A DNA stretch of 51,977 bases, from contig JAKIWH010000002.1 of assembly GCA_022750125.1 (NCBI GenBank), forward strand, positions 1 through 51,977. The letters run 5' to 3'. Within the stretch, counting starts at the first letter, position 1; each line of letters starts with the position of its first letter. The position numbers were made by a program, and so were the translations under genes. This stretch comes from Thermoplasmata archaeon (GTDB lineage: Archaea > Thermoplasmatota > Thermoplasmata > Lutacidiplasmatales > UBA184). Of the stretch, positions 35,601 to 42,089 are shown one piece after another. Under the pieces are notes generated by a model. The model made no database searches. It was not told the DNA's origin and saw only the letters and a program-made list of their open reading frames with translations.

Positions 35601-35854
35601 CCGTCGGGTCCGGGGCTCGAGCCGGTGGAACGCGATATCGAGGGAGCGCCGGGGAGGAGGAGGATCGCGAGCGACACGGCGATCATGGCGACCCGGGGCG
35701 GCCGCCGGCCGGCTTCGCGGCGCCTTCGCGACTCCCGGGTGCTAAGGGCCCGCCACGGCTCGTCCGCGAGGCGGTAGCAACAGCGGCCAAGCCGACCGTC
35801 GACCGGGATGGGCGATGCCCCGTCGGGGTCCGACAGTGCATGGGAGGTGACCAT
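32603..35854 (-). CDS. Large membrane-anchored surface protein: unknown N-terminal beta-rich region + phosphoesterase (PLC/AcpA-type) domain + three PKD domains + C-terminal TM anchor
   Basis: The phosphoesterase-family pattern is HVFVVMMQS..., ...PNFGLFVPDLRDGGHD..., ...WFITYDEG. Three PKD repeats follow (WSFGDGSTS...Y.V.LTVTD and similar). The C-terminal TM is VPAWVLLAGVAILGAATYLGW. Start is the ATG at 35854 (alternative ATG at 35686); the rest of track ORF ..36328 is upstream non-coding. Confidence 0.8.
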   Translation of the reverse strand: MVTSHALSDPDGASPIPVDGRLGRCCYRLADEPWRALSTRESRRRREAGRRPPRVAMIAVSLAILLLPGAPSISRSTGSSPGPDGDLHAVANPATAPVCNSVGSQFPSALEIGLPPPSEVLPQGTTIGVVYEFAVVSPATPASASVVYFPQVTASFPLSTGSHLQLVMTARSTTIPTTGWSDPAWASQSTVASQNLTFNTIANAVLNSGLVAIMATAEYGNLTLQFRWNWTTLLPNGTAIRSGWSVPSASATSPLLPSIFYPAPYVGTAGDSGLVVPIGAMLTDYLTGAISNTSFRVVAEFPNGSEFQSTREPTPPGNGTPFPASVPIWNRQHRLGPGGYIFHVHDRCNALVKLLLFHATYASSVQVQVLQEPGTCAPVLFNGTQVQSGQNLTVTPSLQSFNVTAGSCPGLIFGGWVTGGGVSAAQPRSPTTPVFVSSGGSLAAYWTAPSRPTPGYGFPTPIQHVFVVMMQSAERSQVLSSGPFQRELASTYAEASNYSAPCHPSEAGYVALTSGGIWQQCGSSAVNPVPVQGIGGLLDTAGLDWQGYFESMPSACDASDSYPYTAAHNAFLYFPSITSNASLCAAHDRSFAAWDQDVASGSIPNFGLFVPDLRDGGHDTGVAASDGWLESWLSPYLNASWFGQSVWFITYDEGATDAGAGGSLGGGVLLATVSPYSYGRGDYPPPTSPYDLLATVEWLLGLPVGAAGQNDSFPTHGAMREMFDFSPPGPLSGSASVDPPNGTAPLTTRFTGHGHGGAPPYGFAWSFGDGSTSTSSSPTHEFLSPGRYEVNLTVTDRVGNRTTASLEVTADFGPLSSGILSNRTSGTIPFSPSFTAVASGGLPPYSYLWSYGDASSTEPGVSVSHPYDVAGNYTVRLAVVDSRGITATSTIAVEAYAPLSVSLGLNATQPLVGQPVEALTTVAGGAPGVSYRWAVDGVVSNWTGSEYVLRPASTGPHVVAVVVTDSIGDTASAAARWVVRLPGQGSSAPLLERPIGPVPAWVLLAGVAILGAATYLGWRRWATRKGPGNRVPARERSVGRAPPGASRPPRRSDGAPPGRGAGPRGSTHPVPGGGGDAGRSGPE

Positions 35855-36105
35855 CAGGGTCTCCAAAGGTTCCAGCAGGACGGCGTTCTTGGTCGTCCGG
35901 TTTACGAGGTAAGCGGATGGGTATCCACCCGACCCGCCGTTGCCCCGCTGGCTCGGCCGGCCGGGGCACGCAGGCCCGAACTCAGGAGGCGTGCTCCTCC
36001 GACGGTGGAGGAGTGCGAGGCGTGCCCCCGGACCGATATCCGACTGGTAAGGGCCTCGTCGGCCCTCTTTTCCGCTCGCCCGGCCACACCTTCCGAGTCC
36101 ACGAT

Positions 36106-36834
36106 ATGAGCCAGTCGGTCGTCGCCGCCCTCCGCATTCGCCCGACCCACGTGCTCCTGAAGAGCCGCGACCCGGAGCTCGCGAATCGGCTCGGCCTGGC
36201 GCTGATCCGGGCCTCGAGCCCCGCCGCGGTCGTGCTCGATATACGTCCCGCCGGGACCGTGACGCCGCCGGACGCCCTCTCGTGGAGATCGCTGATCCCG
36301 CGGGAGCGTCACTTCCTCTGCACCGCACCCTCCCACCAGGAGGTGGCGACCGGAGGAGCGGCTTCCGCCTCGTGGCCGATCGCGCGGATCGATGCCCCGG
36401 ATCGAGCCATCTCAGACCTGGTGAGCTTCCTGATCACCCCCGAGGCCGCGGTCCACGCGATCCGGGGCCACCTTCCGCCGGACCGACCGCTCCCCATCCT
36501 GATCGCGGACGGGTGGAGGGCCGAGAAGTTGTTCCCGGACGACCCGACGACCACCGGCCACGTGCTCCGGGTGCAGAAGGAGATGCGGCTATCGATCGTG
36601 ATGGCCAGCGACGCGACCAACCGGGACGATTCGAGCGTCTTCGACTTCGTCTTCGATGTGCTCCCGATGAGCGCCGAGGGGCCCGGCGTCCGACTCCGAT
36701 GTCGGCGCTCCGCGCCCGGGGAGTCGATCCGGCCGGGGGACGAGCTCAGTGTCCGGGAGTTCGTCGACGCCGCCCCAGCGTCCGCCGAATCCGAACCGGC
36801 CCTCGCCACCCTGTTGGCCCCGCTGGGAGTCTAG
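36106..36834 (+). CDS. Hypothetical protein (242 aa)
   Basis: Third-position GC is very high throughout, and the ATG at 36106 was verified. No motif was recognised. A faint RecA/KaiC-like strand pattern without a P-loop is speculative only. Confidence 0.65.
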   Translation: MSQSVVAALRIRPTHVLLKSRDPELANRLGLALIRASSPAAVVLDIRPAGTVTPPDALSWRSLIPRERHFLCTAPSHQEVATGGAASASWPIARIDAPDRAISDLVSFLITPEAAVHAIRGHLPPDRPLPILIADGWRAEKLFPDDPTTTGHVLRVQKEMRLSIVMASDATNRDDSSVFDFVFDVLPMSAEGPGVRLRCRRSAPGESIRPGDELSVREFVDAAPASAESEPALATLLAPLGV

Positions 36835-36845
36835 TCCCCGGCGCG

Positions 36846-38102
36846 CTACGAGCGTCCGCTCAGCGGTGCCAGGCCACTGGGGCGAGGCGCGCCGGCGACG
36901 AGTTGGATCGCCTCCGTCAGCACCGGACCGGGAGGAACATCGTTGAAGAGCCTGGCCGTGCCCCGCAGCATCGACAACACCTCCGGTCGGAGGAGGTTGG
37001 GTGGTAGGGGCTCGTGGTCCCGGAGGGCCGACCGTATCCGGCGCTGGGAGATCGGTTCCCGGAAGCTGTCGGGGTGGGGACAACTTCTCGGGGAACCGGT
37101 ACCCTCGCACTTCCGGCAGTACCACGACTCGGCGTACCGGAGGGGGATCACCCCGACCGGCAGCTCGTCGAAGATCCTCTGGCTCGCGTACGGGTCGTAG
37201 AACCCACCCGCGCCGGCCTGATCGCGACCGAGGACGTAGTGGCTGCACCCGAAGTTCTTGCGAACGATGGCGAGGAACAGCGCGGCCCTCGGGCCGGCGT
37301 ACCGCATCCCGATGGAGAGGGTGGCGAGGAGAACGCGTTCCGGAGGAAGGTAGTGCTGGATGAGGAGGTCGTGGGCGCGCACGACGACCTCGGGGAGGTA
37401 GTCGCCGGGCTTCAGGCGACCGATGACGGGATGGATCAGGAGTCCGTCGATCTCCTCCCGCTCCAGGGTAAGCCGCTCGAGGTGCTCGTGGGCGCGGTGG
37501 GGAACGTTCCGGGTCTGGTAGGCAGCGACGTTCGACCATTGGCGCTGGGCGAACGCCCGCCGCATCTCGAGGGGCGTGAGCTCCCGGTCGGGAGCGATCG
37601 ACTCCGCGCGAGCGACAAGATCGATCGGGCCGGAAAGGGCGATCTCGCCGGTCGCGAGGAGATCCGCGACGTTCGGGTGGGCGGTGCTCGTGGTCCCGTA
37701 CACCCGCTGCGCGACGAACGGTTTGTCGAAGGCGAACCGCTCCTCAAGATGGAGGACCGCGATGAGACGGCCGCGCGAGTCGAGGAGCGCGATCTCATCC
37801 CCCGGGCGGACTCCGTCGATCACGCTCCGGTTCCTGCGCCCCGGGGGGGTCAACACGACCGGGACCGTCCAGGGGACGGAGTTCGGTAGGCGCGAATCCC
37901 GGCACACGGATTCGAGGCTGGCCCGGCTCATGAACCCCTCGAGAGGGCTGTACGCTCCGACGCCGATCTTGTCGGCGTCCAGGATCTGCTCGAGCTCGAC
38001 GTGGAGTCGGGGGAGCAGCTCCGCCTCCTCGATGCGACGCTCGGCAACTCTGTACCCGACGCGGCGGTCGATGAGGCGACCTCCGTGGGGAGGCGGGATC
38101 AT
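36846..38102 (-). CDS. sat: Sulfate adenylyltransferase (ATP sulfurylase)
   Basis: An N-terminal PUA-like domain (SPLEGFM) is followed by QTRNVPHRAHEHL (QxRNxxHxxH) and GRDQAGAG (variant of GRDHAG). A C-terminal Zn-like C.KC...CPH is also present. Confidence 0.9.
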   Translation of the reverse strand: MIPPPHGGRLIDRRVGYRVAERRIEEAELLPRLHVELEQILDADKIGVGAYSPLEGFMSRASLESVCRDSRLPNSVPWTVPVVLTPPGRRNRSVIDGVRPGDEIALLDSRGRLIAVLHLEERFAFDKPFVAQRVYGTTSTAHPNVADLLATGEIALSGPIDLVARAESIAPDRELTPLEMRRAFAQRQWSNVAAYQTRNVPHRAHEHLERLTLEREEIDGLLIHPVIGRLKPGDYLPEVVVRAHDLLIQHYLPPERVLLATLSIGMRYAGPRAALFLAIVRKNFGCSHYVLGRDQAGAGGFYDPYASQRIFDELPVGVIPLRYAESWYCRKCEGTGSPRSCPHPDSFREPISQRRIRSALRDHEPLPPNLLRPEVLSMLRGTARLFNDVPPGPVLTEAIQLVAGAPRPSGLAPLSGRS

Positions 38103-38432
38103 GGGGTCCCTCGGGGCTGGGGGTGGCCTCTCGCTGTCGGACGGGCGGACCTACGGGGCGGGCCGGGCCCAGAGCATGCCCGCGGACCTTCGCGGCGGAT
38201 TCGGAAGCAGACCAGTGGAGGAGACCGGCCCCTGGGTCGGTTCGCGCGGGCCAGTACGGCCGAGCAATCGGCTACGGGACGGAGCGGAGCCGTCTTCGGG
38301 TGCGCCGGTTCCCGGCTCGTCCGTGACACAATCGTTCGCAGGTGGACGGGGGATAAGCCCGCTTCGTGTTCAGGGGCATAGCTCCTGCGGCGGCGGGAAG
38401 GAAGGGGTATCGGTCGAGGGCAATGCGGAGCT

Positions 38433-38945
38433 TCAGACGGCGTTCGGGGGGGCTGCGGGGCCGTCCCCGAGGCGACGGCCGTCGGCCGTCATGCGCAGGT
38501 AGAGCAGGATCGGCTGCGCCAGCCAAGCCACCGTCCAGCCGCGCTCGGTCAGCGAGTATCGGACCCGCGGAGGGCGCGTATCGAGAATCTGTCGGCGCAC
38601 CATCGAGTTCTGCTCGAGCTCCTTCAGTTTGAGGGAGAGCACCCGCGGGCTGATGTTCGGGAGGCCCCGCCGGAGCTCCTCGAACCCGATCGAGGGCACC
38701 GCATGGAGCGCGAGCAAGACATCCGCCGACCACTTTCCGAAGATCGACCGGATGATCTTGAGGTCGCCCTGAGCGGTCGTCAGCGGGTCGGAGGGAGGCC
38801 CGCGCAGGTCGGTGACCCGCTCGGCCAGACGCACCGCGGACTCGCGGAAGTCGGAGAACCAGTGTTCGATGTCCGCCTCCGGCGTTGGGAGTTCGGCGGA
38901 CAAAGTCTTCGTTGGCCGACTCGCGACCGTCGCCGTGCTCGGCAT
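38433..38945 (-). CDS. HxlR-family winged-helix transcriptional regulator
   Basis: GKWSADVLLAL....GF.EL.R.L..ISPRVLS.KLKELE...MV.R......PPRV.YSLTERG is the HxlR signature. The ATG at 38945 was chosen over the TTG at 38975 because the TATA-like box overlaps the latter. Confidence 0.85.
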   Translation of the reverse strand: MPSTATVASRPTKTLSAELPTPEADIEHWFSDFRESAVRLAERVTDLRGPPSDPLTTAQGDLKIIRSIFGKWSADVLLALHAVPSIGFEELRRGLPNISPRVLSLKLKELEQNSMVRRQILDTRPPRVRYSLTERGWTVAWLAQPILLYLRMTADGRRLGDGPAAPPNAV

Positions 38946-38973
38946 GATCTTCGACCGGTCATCCGAGATGCGC

Positions 38974-38981
38974 AATATAAA
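38974..38981 (-). promoter_or_regulatory. TATA-like box of the HxlR-family gene
   Basis: Minus-strand TTTATATT lies 29-36 nt upstream of the ATG at 38945. Confidence 0.45.
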
Positions 38982-39126
38982 TCGGTAGTAATGAAACGGA
39001 TACCACGAGAGCGACTGCTAGGCGAGCCCCCCGGCCATCGCGGGGGGACCGGCGCCCTCACCGGTCCCCTCGGGTGTAACCGATTCGTGAGCGGAGCCAG
39101 AAATACCCAGTTACGGTTCAATCATC

Positions 39127-40608
39127 ATGGGCGACGAACGGAACGGGCTTCCCCGGCGAAGGCTGTTGGTCCTCGGCCTCGACGGAGTTCCGCCGGAGTT
39201 CCTGTTCGAACGGTACCGGGACGTCACCCCCAATCTCACGAAGCTCCTCGACCACGCGCTTCGGGCCCCGCTTCGAACGACCGACCCGCCGATCTCGGTT
39301 CCCGCGTGGCCCGTCATGTTCACGGGGGTCGACCCCGGAACGCTCGGGGTCTACGGCTTCCGCCATCGGAAGGGCGGGTCGTACACCGAGATGTACCTCC
39401 CGACCTCGCGGGGACTCCCCGTCCCCACCATCTGGGAGACGCTCTCGGTGCGAGGCTACCGGGTCGCCGTGGTCGGGATGCCGCTCGGGTACCCTCCCCC
39501 CCCGGTGAACGGGGCGTACATCTCCGACTTCCTCACCCCCAGCGACAGCCCGACGTTCACTCACCCCGCCGAGCTGCGTGCCGAGATCGAGGACCGATTC
39601 GGCCCGTACCCGTTCGATGTCGTGTTCCGGTCGCAGGGCCGTGACCAGCTGTTTCCGCAGCTTCTTGCCATGACGCGCAAGCGGTTCGAGATCGCCCGCT
39701 GGCTCTACGAGCGGGAGCCCTGGGACGTCTTCGCGGTCCACGAGATCGGCACCGACCGGCTCAACCACGCGTACTGGAAGTACTTCAACCGCGACCATCC
39801 GAGACACGAGCCCGGCAACCGGTTCGAGCATGTGGACCTCGAGTACTACGCCGCGCTGGACCAGTGCATCGGCAGCCTCCTCGAGCTCACCGACGAGCGA
39901 ACGATCGTCGTCATCGCTTCCGACCACGGGTCGATGTCGATGAACGGCTGTTTCTGCATCAACCAGTGGCTCGAGGCGAAGGGCTACCTTGTCCTGAAGC
40001 GGCCTCCGCCCGCGCCGGGAACCCCGCTCGAGAAGGCCGAGGTGGACTGGAAGGCGACGACGGCCTGGGGCGAGGGTGGCTACTACGCCCGGATCTTCTT
40101 CAACGTCCGCGGCCGCGAGCCCTCGGGTGCCGTTCCGGCCGGGCAGGTGGTCGCGCTGCGGCGCCAGATCGCCCGGGACCTGGCGACGATCACCGATCCC
40201 GAGGGCCGTCCGATCGGGGTCCGGATCCTCGACCCCAGAGAGATCTACGCCACGGTGCGCGGGGACGCCCCGGACCTCATCGTCTACCTGGGCGAGTTGC
40301 GGTGGCGCTCGGGGGGAACGATCGGCCATCCGGGCCTCTTCCTCCAGGAGAACGACATCGGGCCCGACGACGCGGTGCACGGGGTCGATGGGGTCTTCCT
40401 CCTCTACGACCCGAAGGACCCCGTCGCGCGGACCCACGCGACGATCCAGATCCGCGACGTCACACCGACCCTGCTGAGCCTCCTCGGGGAGCCGATCCCG
40501 AGGCACGTCCAGGGCTCCCCCGTGCTCGACGTGGTCGAGCACGTACCGGGGGCACGTCCGCCGACCTCGGAGCAGCTCGCGGCGGCGCCGCTCCCCGCTC
40601 AGCCGTAG
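39127..40608 (+). CDS. Alkaline-phosphatase-superfamily protein (type I phosphodiesterase / nucleotide pyrophosphatase-like)
   Basis: LLVLGLDGVP is the metal-binding Asp strand. PISVPAWPVMFTGVDPG..GV is the nucleophile Ser/Thr-x-P...TG pattern of the NPP family, and SDHG is the distal metal site. Confidence 0.85.
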   Translation: MGDERNGLPRRRLLVLGLDGVPPEFLFERYRDVTPNLTKLLDHALRAPLRTTDPPISVPAWPVMFTGVDPGTLGVYGFRHRKGGSYTEMYLPTSRGLPVPTIWETLSVRGYRVAVVGMPLGYPPPPVNGAYISDFLTPSDSPTFTHPAELRAEIEDRFGPYPFDVVFRSQGRDQLFPQLLAMTRKRFEIARWLYEREPWDVFAVHEIGTDRLNHAYWKYFNRDHPRHEPGNRFEHVDLEYYAALDQCIGSLLELTDERTIVVIASDHGSMSMNGCFCINQWLEAKGYLVLKRPPPAPGTPLEKAEVDWKATTAWGEGGYYARIFFNVRGREPSGAVPAGQVVALRRQIARDLATITDPEGRPIGVRILDPREIYATVRGDAPDLIVYLGELRWRSGGTIGHPGLFLQENDIGPDDAVHGVDGVFLLYDPKDPVARTHATIQIRDVTPTLLSLLGEPIPRHVQGSPVLDVVEHVPGARPPTSEQLAAAPLPAQP

Positions 40609-42089
40609 CCCCACGAGCGGAGCCGCACGTCAAGGCCGGTCATCGGCTTCTCGCCCTGCGACAGCTCGGAGCGCTGTCGGTCCGCTTCCTCCGCGAGGTA
40701 CCCTCCGAAGATCGGGGTGGCGCGGTCGGTCGCCTCCGCTCGCTCGAACACCTCGGGCGGGCGGTGGTCGGGGTCGGCCTCGGCGTCCCACTCGTAGAGC
40801 GTGCGCGTGGCGAGGTCCAGCACCCACTTCGACCGCTCGCGGTAGGCCGCGAGCAGCCGGTGGTTCCACAGTTGGTCCATCCGGATCCCCTGCAGCGACC
40901 GATTCGGGTCGGAGGCGGGGGCGCCCTCGCAGAAGACCGCACCGTCCTCGGGCGCGGCCGCCCGGTGGGGGAAGGGGGCGTGCCCTTCCTCGTCGAACGG
41001 CGCGAGCCCCATCGCGGTGCTCCGCAGCCACGATACGACCTCGGCGAGGCTCGTCCAGCGTTCGACGCGCCGCGGAACCGAGTGCTCCTCGGGAGGCACC
41101 ACGAGGAGAGGCACCCGGGCGATCGAATCGGTCGCCCCGCAGCCGTGGTAGACGTTCCCCCCCTCCCCGAACGACTGGCCGTGGTCCGCGGTGACGACGA
41201 ACAGCGTGCGGGACCATCGCCCGTGGCGGCGCAGGCTCCCGACGAGCTCACCGATCTTCAGGTCCGCGAGCTCGAGGGTGCGGAAGTAGCCGGCGAGCAG
41301 CGAGTCCCACGGAACGAACCGCTGGAGCCCGTCGACCGCGAGCAGGTAGTACCTCGGCGTGCGCGCGTACCAGCGGGCGAGGGGACCGACCGGGTGCCCG
41401 TTCGGCACCTCGGGGTACGGTTCGTGGGCGTCGACGAGGTTCACGAAGGCGAAGAACGGGCGGTCCGCCGGTTGCTGGCCGACCCACCGGTCGAACTCGC
41501 CGACCACCTCGGGTCCGCACACCTCGCGCTTGAACGCGACCTCCTGGGGGTGGTTGAACGCGTTCATCGGCACGATGCACGGCGGAAGCCGCTCGATGAG
41601 CCGGCGGATCTCCGAGGAGTAGAGGAAATCCGCGTGGCCGGCCCACCGGTTGGCCGCCGTCCGATCCTCGTCGGAGATCCCGATGTGGCGGGCGTACCGG
41701 TGGTCGAACCCGTCCTCGAGGCCGTACCCGCCGACCAGATGGACCATCTCGGTGAACATCGCGGTCGAGTAGCCGCGGCGGCGCAGCCAGGCGGCGACGG
41801 TCTCCCGGGGCGCGGCCCCCCGCTCGAAGGTCCGAACGCCGTGGACGTTCGGATAGACCCCGCTGAAGAGCGAGGCATGGGAGGGGATCGTCCAGTTCGC
41901 CGTGGCGACCGCCCTCGGGAAGACGGTCCCCCGGCGCGCCAGCTCCGCGAGCACCGGCGTGACCGGCCCCTCGGTGCCGCCGAGGGCGGGCAGGCTCTTC
42001 GCCCGGGCGCAGTCGAGCACGACGACGACGATGTTGGTCCCGCTCGGCGGTGGCAGGCCGCCGGCAGCTCCGGGGGGGCTCTCGCTCAT
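40599..42089 (-). CDS. Sulfatase-fold (alkaline-phosphatase superfamily) enzyme lacking the Cys/Ser-x-Pro-x-Arg formylglycine motif
   Basis: NIVVVVLDCAR, TIPSHASLFSGVYP (in place of C/S-x-P-S-R-x-S-L-x-T-G) and TADHGQSFGE..N.YHG are present. The ATG at 42087-42089 overlaps the stop of the upstream gene (ATGA). The remainder of track ORF ..43232 is out of frame with that gene. Confidence 0.85.
   Translation of the reverse strand: MSESPPGAAGGLPPPSGTNIVVVVLDCARAKSLPALGGTEGPVTPVLAELARRGTVFPRAVATANWTIPSHASLFSGVYPNVHGVRTFERGAAPRETVAAWLRRRGYSTAMFTEMVHLVGGYGLEDGFDHRYARHIGISDEDRTAANRWAGHADFLYSSEIRRLIERLPPCIVPMNAFNHPQEVAFKREVCGPEVVGEFDRWVGQQPADRPFFAFVNLVDAHEPYPEVPNGHPVGPLARWYARTPRYYLLAVDGLQRFVPWDSLLAGYFRTLELADLKIGELVGSLRRHGRWSRTLFVVTADHGQSFGEGGNVYHGCGATDSIARVPLLVVPPEEHSVPRRVERWTSLAEVVSWLRSTAMGLAPFDEEGHAPFPHRAAAPEDGAVFCEGAPASDPNRSLQGIRMDQLWNHRLLAAYRERSKWVLDLATRTLYEWDAEADPDHRPPEVFERAEATDRATPIFGGYLAEEADRQRSELSQGEKPMTGLDVRLRSWGYG

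Noticed and set aside
38190-38240. GGAAGCAG at 38190-38240 and GUGGAAGCAAG near 48910-48925 are reminiscent of the SRP RNA helix 8 GGAA/AGCA motif.
   Set aside because: The flanking bases do not form the required closing stems or the symmetric and asymmetric loops. No Alu-domain or long helix 5 pairing could be traced by eye. An Infernal scan is needed before any claim.
39127-39200. PRRRLLVLGLDG at the N-terminus of the NPP-like enzyme could be a twin-arginine (Tat) signal.
   Set aside because: The Arg residues run directly into the conserved first beta-strand and metal-binding Asp of the catalytic domain. There is no hydrophobic h-region or cleavage site.
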